From the NCBI GenBank assembly GCA_041666305.1, contig JBAYHD010000001.1:18149-82148 (forward strand): a DNA stretch of 64,000 bases. Direction: 5' to 3'. Below are positions 31,199 through 39,229 of this stretch, in pieces; position 1 is the stretch's first letter; each line of letters opens with the position of its first letter. A model generated the notes under the pieces. The model ran no database searches and was not told where the DNA came from. It saw only the letters and a program-made list of their open reading frames with translations. This stretch comes from Minisyncoccota bacterium. Lineage in GTDB: Bacteria; Patescibacteriota; Minisyncoccia; Phycocordibacterales; Phycocordibacteraceae. The translations under genes were made by a program, and so were the position numbers.

Positions 31199-31352
31199 AC
31201 GTACCGTTCCAAAACACCCGCATAAATCCTAATCCGTTCCAGAACCTTGACAATTTCCAAAATGTGCACGTATTTTGCATTTCGTCGCGTGTTTGTTTTT
31301 TCTGTGCAATGGAGTACCCTCTACCTCGGACCCATTTGAGGAGGAACCGCAG

Positions 31353-31565
31353 ATGAAAATGAAGTACAAATTGGTATATATGCAGCCCCTGCCGCTGGAA
31401 GACGGCCAGAAACAGCCCAAGTATGAACGGAAGCAGGAGATCTTTGAAGTTGAGCCTGAGGAAGCGGAGGAGAAAAAAAGAAAGTTTCTCGGGGAAGAGT
31501 CGGTGACGTTCGGCTTCGTTACGTTCAGCCGAGAACAAATTACCTTCATGCCCACGCTCGTGTAG
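31353..31565 (+). CDS. Small hypothetical protein inserted antisense between rpsS and rplB
   Basis: 70-aa ORF with gaggagg SD; terminator at about 31590-31617. Confidence 0.65.
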   Translation: MKMKYKLVYMQPLPLEDGQKQPKYERKQEIFEVEPEEAEEKKRKFLGEESVTFGFVTFSREQITFMPTLV

Positions 31566-31634
31566 GCAACCCGCCCACCGATGAACGAAAAGCCCGCCAA
31601 AACTTAGGCGGGCTTTATTTATTTTCGCTAAACG

Positions 31635-32483
31635 TTAGCCCTTCCGCTTCTTGCCGACCTTGCGGCGGGAGACGATGAAGACGTTTGAGTATTTCTTGGG
31701 AGTCCTCGTCTTCTGACCCTTGCCGGTGGGCTTGCCCCATTTGCTCTTGGCGCGGCGCAGACCGCGGCCCTGCTTGCCTTCGCCGCCGCCGTGCGGATGG
31801 TCTACCGGATTCATGGCGGTGCCGCGGACCGTCGGACGAATGCCGAGCCAGCGCGAACGACCAGCCTTGCCGATGACGACAAGATTGTATTCTTCGTTGC
31901 CCACCGCACCAATGGAGGCGTAACAGAGATCGGACACCTTGCGGATCTCGGTCGAAGGAAGCTTGATCTGCGCATAGCCGGCATCATGCGCGACTACCTC
32001 GGCATAATTGCCTGCACTGCGAACGAGAATGGCGCCTGCGGCCGGCTGGAGCTCGATGTTGTACACAAACGTACCGACGGGAATTTTCCCAAGCGGCATG
32101 CGGTTGCCGACCGTGAGCGGTGCATCTTCTCCGACGACGAAGGTGGAGCCGACTTTCATTTCTTTCGGGACGATAACGTAGCGGCGTTCGCCGTCGCGAT
32201 AGAGCGCGAGGCCGATAAATGCCGATCGGAACGGATCATACTCTACCGTTTCTATCTTCGCGGGAATGTTCTTCTTGTTGTAGGAAAAATCCACTTCGCG
32301 GAAACGCTTCTTGTGTCCGCCTCCCTGATGGCGTGTGGTGATGCGGCCGAAGCCGTTTCGCCCACCCTGGCTCGACTTCTTCTTGAGCAAAGGCTTGTGC
32401 GGTGCGTCACCCGAAAGAAGCTCCTTGTACGGAAGCGTGGTCATGTGGCGACGGCTCTTGCTGGTAGGTTTGTAGGTTTTCAT
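31635..32483 (-). CDS. rplB: 50S ribosomal protein L2
   Basis: EYDPFRSA, RPTVRGTAMNPVDHPHGGGEG. Confidence 0.99.
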   Translation of the reverse strand: MKTYKPTSKSRRHMTTLPYKELLSGDAPHKPLLKKKSSQGGRNGFGRITTRHQGGGHKKRFREVDFSYNKKNIPAKIETVEYDPFRSAFIGLALYRDGERRYVIVPKEMKVGSTFVVGEDAPLTVGNRMPLGKIPVGTFVYNIELQPAAGAILVRSAGNYAEVVAHDAGYAQIKLPSTEIRKVSDLCYASIGAVGNEEYNLVVIGKAGRSRWLGIRPTVRGTAMNPVDHPHGGGEGKQGRGLRRAKSKWGKPTGKGQKTRTPKKYSNVFIVSRRKVGKKRKG

Positions 32484-32489
32484 ACTGGT

Positions 32490-32873
32490 TTATGAGAACT
32501 GGATGGTGTCGCCAGCATTGAGATACACGTACGCTTTTCGGCGCGATGCACGATGGCCGACACCGCGCTTGGTGCGCATCGTCTTCGGTTTGCCCGGAAG
32601 ATTCACGATACGTATCTTGCGAGGTTCCACTTTGTAGATCTCCTTAATGGCGCTCGCGATGGAAGCCTTCGTTGCGCGCTCGGATACGTCGAATGTGTAA
32701 ATGCCCTTCTCGGTCACGATAAGCGCCTTTTCGGAGAACCACGGTGCGCGGATGATCTCGTGTGCGACACCGTTTGCGGTGGCCGTGGAGCGCGTGCGAT
32801 GACGGACAACAACTTTGTCCCTCTTAGCTTTCGCTTTCGTGCTCGTATTCTTAGTGGTGCCGAAGAGTGCCAT
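32490..32873 (-). CDS. rplW: 50S ribosomal protein L23
   Basis: SEKA, YTFDV, ATK, RKAYV. Confidence 0.95.
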   Translation of the reverse strand: MALFGTTKNTSTKAKAKRDKVVVRHRTRSTATANGVAHEIIRAPWFSEKALIVTEKGIYTFDVSERATKASIASAIKEIYKVEPRKIRIVNLPGKPKTMRTKRGVGHRASRRKAYVYLNAGDTIQFS

Positions 32874-32879
32874 AAATAA

Positions 32880-33614
32880 TTATTTAGATTTTGCGCGGGT
32901 AGCGAGCATTTTGAATGCCGCTTCCGGATTCTCTATGACGAGATACTTGTGACTCATCACTTCGACCGGATTCAAGCTCCGCATTTCCTCGGTCATCACG
33001 TTGCCGAAATTGTGGAAACTCTTTATCGCATTCACGTTGTACGAAGCGAGCGCGAAGAGCGCAGCGTTCTTTTTCTTCGTCACAAGCTGTCCCGCATCCG
33101 CACCCTTCGCAAGATTTGCGAGCGAAGTTTTTGCGATCGCTGTTTTCGGAGCGGCAAAACTGAATTGGTCGACAAAAATGATCTCGTCGTCTTTCGCTTT
33201 GCGCGAGAGCACCGAGAGCAAAGCACCGATGCGCATCTTCTTGTTGATTTTCTCGCTGTAGTCGCGCGTGGAACGCGGACCGAACGTGATGCCGCCGTGG
33301 CGCCAGATCGGCGAGCGTGTGGAGCTGTGGCGCGCCTGGCCGGTACCCTTCTGTGCCCACGGCTTCTTGCCGCCGCCCGAGACTTCCGAGCGGTCTTTGG
33401 TGTGTGCTCGGTTCTGGCGAAGGTTCGCCTGCATGCCGGTGGTCACCTGGTGCACGAGGTCAGATCGCCATGGCACGCCGAAGATGCTCTCCGGAAGAGA
33501 AATGGTCCCGACTTTCTTGCCGTCCATGGAGAAGATAGGCGCCTCGATAGCCACGTACGCTGCCTTTGCTTTCTTTGTTACTTTCTTCGCAACCTTTTTT
33601 TCAGGAGTAGTCAT
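32880..33614 (-). CDS. rplD: 50S ribosomal protein L4
   Basis: RSEVSGGGKKPWAQKGTGQARH, GGITFGP. Confidence 0.98.
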   Translation of the reverse strand: MTTPEKKVAKKVTKKAKAAYVAIEAPIFSMDGKKVGTISLPESIFGVPWRSDLVHQVTTGMQANLRQNRAHTKDRSEVSGGGKKPWAQKGTGQARHSSTRSPIWRHGGITFGPRSTRDYSEKINKKMRIGALLSVLSRKAKDDEIIFVDQFSFAAPKTAIAKTSLANLAKGADAGQLVTKKKNAALFALASYNVNAIKSFHNFGNVMTEEMRSLNPVEVMSHKYLVIENPEAAFKMLATRAKSK

Positions 33615-33624
33615 GGTATTAAAA

Positions 33625-34239
33625 TTATGCGGAGACTACTTCAAGCAATGTGCCGCGGCGACCCGGAACGGCGCCGCTGACGATGATCTTTCCCTCTTTC
33701 GCATCGACCACGAGCACCTTGAGGTTCGTCACCGTGACGCGATCAGAACCCATGCGACCGGCCATGCGGATGCCCTTTGCGACACGACCGCCCGCGCGAC
33801 CACCCGAACCGCCGATAGAGCCCGGAGAGCGCTCGGTGTGCTTCTGGCCGTGAGAACGCGGGCCGCCGTGGAAGCCATGGCGCTTCACCACGCCGGCGAA
33901 GCCCTTGCCTTTCGTGATGCCGGAAACTTGCACGACGTCGCCGACCGCAAAAATTGATGCATCGATCGTATCGCCAACGGCGGCAGCGTTGTCAGTGCGG
34001 AATTCGCGAATTGCTTCGTAGCCCTTGCCTTTCGTGTGTCCGAGGACTGGCTTAGAAATATTCTTCGTGCGGCGTTCGCCCTGGCCGACCTGAACCGCCG
34101 AATATTTATCCTTGCCGTCCGCCATCTTCACTTGCGTGACGGTAATCGGCTCGGCCAAGAGAACAGTCCCCGCATGCGCAAGGCCATCCGCCGTAAAGAT
34201 ACGGGTCATTTTTTCTTTCTTAGCGAGGATGAATTTCAT
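33625..34239 (-). CDS. rplC: 50S ribosomal protein L3
   Basis: KGKGFAGVVKRHGF, PGSIG, MAGRMG, GAVPG. Confidence 0.98.
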   Translation of the reverse strand: MKFILAKKEKMTRIFTADGLAHAGTVLLAEPITVTQVKMADGKDKYSAVQVGQGERRTKNISKPVLGHTKGKGYEAIREFRTDNAAAVGDTIDASIFAVGDVVQVSGITKGKGFAGVVKRHGFHGGPRSHGQKHTERSPGSIGGSGGRAGGRVAKGIRMAGRMGSDRVTVTNLKVLVVDAKEGKIIVSGAVPGRRGTLLEVVSA

Positions 34240-34316
34240 TGTGTATGCAAATCGCGCCACAGCAATCGCTGGGCGCGATTTGCTGGAGGTCCCGCGGGGG
34301 ACATAGCGATTTGAGC

Positions 34317-34345
34317 ACTCTACACGAGCCTCTTAAAAGATGCAA
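34317..34345 (-). promoter_or_regulatory. Promoter for rplC onward
   Basis: TTGCAT-17-TAGAGT; leader hairpin at about 34247-34283. Confidence 0.55.
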
Positions 34346-34367
34346 ATCACTATGCTAGGCTTACGTA

Positions 34368-34592
34368 ATGGAAGATGGCCCGGAAAACAGAGCCCTCAGA
34401 AGCAAAAATGCGATTGATTTAGAAATTATGGGCTTGAGAATCAAGCTACAGCAACTCGAAACCAAAACCGCAATTGGGGGGTCTACTGAAATAAAAGCTT
34501 TGATTGAATCTGCAGGCAAAGACCAAGAGGTTCAAAGAATAGAAACGAAAATAGAGGAATTACGGCAGGAAAAGTCATCCTCAAAAGCGTAA
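34368..34592 (+). CDS. Small coiled-coil hypothetical protein
   Basis: 74-aa low-GC ORF. Confidence 0.6.
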   Translation: MEDGPENRALRSKNAIDLEIMGLRIKLQQLETKTAIGGSTEIKALIESAGKDQEVQRIETKIEELRQEKSSSKA

Positions 34593-34642
34593 GGTCGCGA
34601 GGTGTGGCTCGCGACCCGTAATTCTGTTGATATGGTGCGGTG

Positions 34643-34987
34643 CTACAAGTAGCCTTGCTGATGGCAGTGGACTGCGGCAGTGCTGTAAAGCGTCTGAAAA
34701 AACTGGGTGTACCACTCGTTCCCAAATCGCTTGGCAACGCGGAGGCCGTGCCGAGTACGCCGCCGAACAATCTTCCAGTCCTCAGGTGTAACACGAGTGC
34801 GCTCCGTAAAGCCGTTAACCTGCTCGTGCAATTCGCGCAGACGTAATTCCACCCGAGCCTCGATAGGAACAGTTCTCTCGGCTTGGCGCATGATCCACGC
34901 CATCTCCTGCGGACCAACCCGCCCCGTACATCCTGGTTTGCGCAGTGGCTTAATGCCAAGCGCCGCTAGATCCAAGTTTTTGCTCAT
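34643..34987 (-). CDS. Hypothetical protein
   Basis: Basic 114-aa ORF, ATG 34987 preceded by gaggag. Confidence 0.6.
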   Translation of the reverse strand: MSKNLDLAALGIKPLRKPGCTGRVGPQEMAWIMRQAERTVPIEARVELRLRELHEQVNGFTERTRVTPEDWKIVRRRTRHGLRVAKRFGNEWYTQFFQTLYSTAAVHCHQQGYL

Positions 34988-35033
34988 TTCATACTCCTCG
35001 TTATGTAACCAGGCAGAGTAAAGCACATTCTCA

Positions 35034-35074
35034 AAAACACACAACCGCCTCTGCGGGCGGTTGTGTGTTTCTTG
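35034..35074. terminator. Terminator hairpin, copy 1 of a 41-bp direct repeat
   Basis: aaaacacacaaccgcc-tctgc-gggcggttgtgtgtttcttg. Confidence 0.8.
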
Positions 35075-35087
35075 CTAATTACCATCG

Positions 35088-35125
35088 TGTTCGTTAATTC
35101 TAACGACCGTTGGAGATAACGAACA
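35088..35125. repeat. 38-bp nested palindrome downstream of PaaX-like gene 2
   Basis: tgttcgtta-attctaacgaccgttggaga-taacgaaca. Confidence 0.88.
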
Positions 35126-35129
35126 TTGG

Positions 35130-35744
35130 TTACTCTACTAGCGGGAGATTAAAATGCTTGCGGAGTTTTTCGTCGTGTTCTATCTCATCAGCGACTATAC
35201 AGAGAATACCGTGACCAAGTTTTAGATGCGTGCGCAAAAAGACAAGGAGTTTTTCACACGGATATGGATATGCCCATGCACTGTTCTGTACCTTAACGAA
35301 GCCGATTTCTCTGAGCGTCTCTCGTAATTCGTCACGCACTTCCCGTCGCCGCTCCCACACATCAAACATGATAATCCGCCACTTCTGATCCCATTTCTTC
35401 TGATTTTTAGGCCGCACTTCTTCGCGCTCTGCAAGTTCTTCGGCAATCTTCATCCCCTTCTCTGTTAGCTCTATATGAAAGCCGTTTTGCCCCTTCACTC
35501 GCCGAAATATACCCTGTTTAATCAGCTCAGAATATTTTTGACTCACGCGCCTCTTAAGACGAGGCGAAGGCCCAATGACTTTCTCTACATATTTGAGTAG
35601 TCTCACTGCGTTCGGCGCCATAACTATCAGACCTACTCCAATCGTGAGATACGCCGAGAGCAAAACAGCATTTTTAATTTTGGTGCGCTTTGTCCCGCGC
35701 TGAACCCTCTCCTCAATATTCAAGAGCCGTTTCTTTTTCTCCAT
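35130..35744 (-). CDS. PaaX-like winged-HTH + Cas2-like domain protein (copy 2)
   Basis: ELTEKG, WDQKWRIIMFDVWE...LREIGFVKVQNSAW; C-terminus RKHFNLPL shared with copy 1. Confidence 0.85.
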   Translation of the reverse strand: MEKKKRLLNIEERVQRGTKRTKIKNAVLLSAYLTIGVGLIVMAPNAVRLLKYVEKVIGPSPRLKRRVSQKYSELIKQGIFRRVKGQNGFHIELTEKGMKIAEELAEREEVRPKNQKKWDQKWRIIMFDVWERRREVRDELRETLREIGFVKVQNSAWAYPYPCEKLLVFLRTHLKLGHGILCIVADEIEHDEKLRKHFNLPLVE

Positions 35745-35781
35745 GTTCGTTATTGTACACGGTCGTTGGACTTAACGAACA
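35744..35781. repeat. 38-bp nested palindrome overlapping the start of PaaX-like gene 2
   Basis: tgttcgtta-ttgtacacggtcgttggact-taacgaaca; inverted relative to 35088-35125. Confidence 0.88.
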
Positions 35782-35890
35782 TAGGATGTGTACAAATATG
35801 GGAGCGGAGCGTGGCCTCCTCTGCCCTACCCCGCCCAAAGATGCAAGAAAACAACCGGGGTCGCGAGTGATTTGCTCGCAACCCCGTATT

Positions 35891-36082
35891 TCAGCTGCAT
35901 CCGTGCGGCGAAGGCCGACCAATCGGATGTTTCTCGATTTCATCACCCATTTCTGCCCAGTAACAATCGGCATGCACCGCAACCTTTTGACCTTCGACGA
36001 CAATGTACTCCAACTCCCCTTCAATATGTGGTCCGTCGATTAAATCATGACATATGCCGCAATAAACCGAACTTAGATCCAT
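35891..36082 (-). CDS. Small putative zinc-binding protein
   Basis: CGIC...HADC motif; aaggaggg SD. Confidence 0.65.
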   Translation of the reverse strand: MDLSSVYCGICHDLIDGPHIEGELEYIVVEGQKVAVHADCYWAEMGDEIEKHPIGRPSPHGCS

Positions 36083-36117
36083 GATTAAGCCCTCCTTTCT
36101 GCAGGCGAGTCTAGCAT

Positions 36118-36158
36118 AAAACACACAACCGCCCGTGAGGGCGGTTGTGTGTTTCTTG
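36118..36158. terminator. Terminator hairpin, copy 2 of the 41-bp direct repeat
   Basis: Identical to 35034-35074 except for the loop. Confidence 0.8.
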
Positions 36159-36174
36159 GCTGTCTTTGGAATTC

Positions 36175-36302
36175 TAGCGGTTTCAAAACTACTGTAGATG
36201 CTAGGCGCGACGAGAGAATTTCTGGAGACGTACTCAAATGTACGGCGGAAGAAGTTCTCGAAGTCGCAACAACGCAGATGCAGTAGTTTTGGAAGCGCGC
36301 TA
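36175..36302. mobile_element. MITE-like structured element, family A, copy 2 (abuts rpsJ TAG)
   Basis: tagcggtttcaaaactactg ... cagtagttttggaagcgcgcta inverted ends plus internal motifs shared with 22001-22184. Confidence 0.7.
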
Positions 36303-36704
36303 CACCATTTTCACATCTATCGTCACTCCTGACGGAAGGTTGAGGTTCGTGAGGGCCTCGATGACCTTCGGCGAGGGGTTCATGATGTCGATGAGGCGCT
36401 TATGAATGCGCATCTCGAACTGTTCGCGTGCGTCTTTATGGACGAAGGTCGAACGGTTCACGGTCCAGCGCTTTATCTCGGTGGGAAGCGGAACCGGGCC
36501 CACGACGATCGCATCAAAGCGAGCGGCGGTGTCCATGATCTGCTTCACCGAGAGGTCCAATATCTTGTGCTCATAGGCACGGACGCGGATGCGGAGCTTG
36601 TGCTCCACCGGAGCCGACGCTACAGCTTTCTTCGCTGCGGCTTTCGCCCGCGGCGCTTTGGGCGCCGCGACTTTCTTTGCTTTAGGTTTCGCCGCTGTTG
36701 CCAT
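36300..36704 (-). CDS. rpsJ: 30S ribosomal protein S10 (Lys/Ala-rich N-extension)
   Basis: GPVPLPT, AREQFEMRIHKRLIDI. Confidence 0.98.
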   Translation of the reverse strand: MATAAKPKAKKVAAPKAPRAKAAAKKAVASAPVEHKLRIRVRAYEHKILDLSVKQIMDTAARFDAIVVGPVPLPTEIKRWTVNRSTFVHKDAREQFEMRIHKRLIDIMNPSPKVIEALTNLNLPSGVTIDVKMV

Positions 36705-36723
36705 ATGAGTAGTAGATGAGTGC

Positions 36724-37923
<1,200 letters not shown>

Positions 37924-37970
37924 AACGGATAATTTAGGTGATTAATTCACGAATAAATATCCGACGCCTG

Positions 37971-38008
37971 CCCCGTAGCCAAGCATTCCGATGCTTGTGG
38001 TACTGGGG
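37971..38008. repeat. Short family-B element in the tuf leader
   Basis: ccccgtagccaagcattccgatgcttgtggtactgggg; near-identical to 61704-61737. Confidence 0.75.
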
Positions 38009-38087
38009 TGAGTCGGAACAAACTCCAAAGCTTGCCGACTCACAAAAGCAGACAAGCCAAAGAGCGACGCCAAGATGCGTTAGGTGA

Positions 38088-38117
38088 AAGATAGCACAAA
38101 TGCCAGAGAAAGGTCAA
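38088..38117 (-). promoter_or_regulatory. Promoter for tuf
   Basis: TTGACC-18-TATCTT. Confidence 0.55.
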
Positions 38118-38183
38118 GAAATCATTAGGGAAAACAAAAACGGGAGACAGAGTCTCCCGTGGTGGTGCGGCGCCGGTATCGAC

Positions 38184-38417
38184 TTACGCTTTCTTCTCGG
38201 CTTTCTTCTCTTTGGCCTTCTTTGCCTTGTTTTTCTTGACCTTGGCTTTGGCGGTCTTAGCTTTGGCAGCCGGTTTGGCGGCATCGGGCTTGGCCTTGGT
38301 GTCGGCAGCGGCGAGCATCGTCTGGCCGGACTGGTTGGTCGGCGAGGCAGCAATGGCCGGCAGCGCGAGAGCGAAACACGCAATCATCGAACAGAACAAA
38401 AGGGCTATCTTTTTCAC
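38184..38417 (-). CDS. Small secreted Lys/Ala-rich protein
   Basis: GTG start with aaggagg SD, signal peptide, histone-H1-like composition. Confidence 0.75.
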   Translation of the reverse strand: MKKIALLFCSMIACFALALPAIAASPTNQSGQTMLAAADTKAKPDAAKPAAKAKTAKAKVKKNKAKKAKEKKAEKKA

Positions 38418-38560
38418 CTGAACCTCCTTCGGAAACCCAAGGATATGGGTGCTTCTGACACTACTCCCCTTTTATGTATTGTAAAGAACCCAACGTGCAC
38501 AACAGCCGCCCTCCGGGCGGCTGTTGTGCCGAAAGTTAGGACACCCGGTGTCCTAACTTT

Positions 38561-38602
38561 TTACTTGCGAGATGCGATGATGTCGGCGGCAACGTTGTTC
38601 GG
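38561..38602 (-). pseudogene. fusA 3'-end remnant (copy 3)
   Basis: Encodes [13 protein letters not shown]; followed by palindrome aaagttaggacac-ccg-gtgtcctaacttt (38532-38560). Confidence 0.88.
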
Positions 38603-38631
38603 TGGTGTGCAACACCAGGTGTTGAACAAAA

Positions 38632-38748
38632 TTATTTGCGGGATGCGATGATGTCGGCCGCGACGTTGGTGGGGACCACGTCGTAGTGATTGAACTCCAT
38701 CGTCATACTGCCGCGGCCTTCGGTCATGGAGCGAAGCGTGGTGGCGTA
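38632..38748 (-). pseudogene. fusA 3'-end remnant (copy 2)
   Basis: Encodes [38 protein letters not shown], 36/38 aa identical to the fusA C-terminus. Confidence 0.95.
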
Positions 38749-38785
38749 GAAAGTCCGCTTTCTTGACGTGATATTATAAAGTTCA

Positions 38786-39145
38786 ATGAATATCCTCATC
38801 GCAGTTCTCGGACTGTTTGCAATCGATTACTATGGGTTGCGTTCATATTTGAGTCAGCGTGGCAAACCTACGGAAGGTTTAACAAAAAATATCTTACTAG
38901 CCTATAAAGACACCGCCGCCTGCGGGATTGCAGTTTTGCTTATCTCACTACCATTCTTCCTCGTTGATACTGGTGCCCCACGACCCTATGCCGAGCTGCT
39001 TTCGATGGCTCTTTGGGGTGCGGGATTCGTCCTACCTCTACCCTTCTTCATAAAAAAGAGAGTTAATATTCCTTGGTTGACTGCGATTGGTTTTATCTTT
39101 GGTCCATTGGTTTTTATTTTGCCTGCACTGTACGCAACCTTTTAA
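38786..39145 (+). CDS. Four-TM hypothetical membrane protein (cargo between fusA tails)
   Basis: Hydrophobic, low GC, convergent with fusA. Confidence 0.75.
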   Translation: MNILIAVLGLFAIDYYGLRSYLSQRGKPTEGLTKNILLAYKDTAACGIAVLLISLPFFLVDTGAPRPYAELLSMALWGAGFVLPLPFFIKKRVNIPWLTAIGFIFGPLVFILPALYATF

Positions 39146-39229
39146 ACAACTGCAGCAAACTCAAACGGAAAGCGGCCGCCCTCTCGGGTGGCCGTTGTAC
39201 TGGTGTGCAACACCAGGTGTTGAACAAAA

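Noticed and set aside
24004-36704. Lys/Ala- or RGG-rich extensions on S5, S10, S17, S19, L4, L23, L24
   Set aside because: Low-complexity terminal extensions are common on ribosomal proteins; nothing here indicates a new function.
38561-38748. Diversity-generating retroelement template/variable repeat pair at fusA
   Set aside because: Differences are mostly synonymous third-position changes rather than adenine-specific, and there is no reverse transcriptase in the window.
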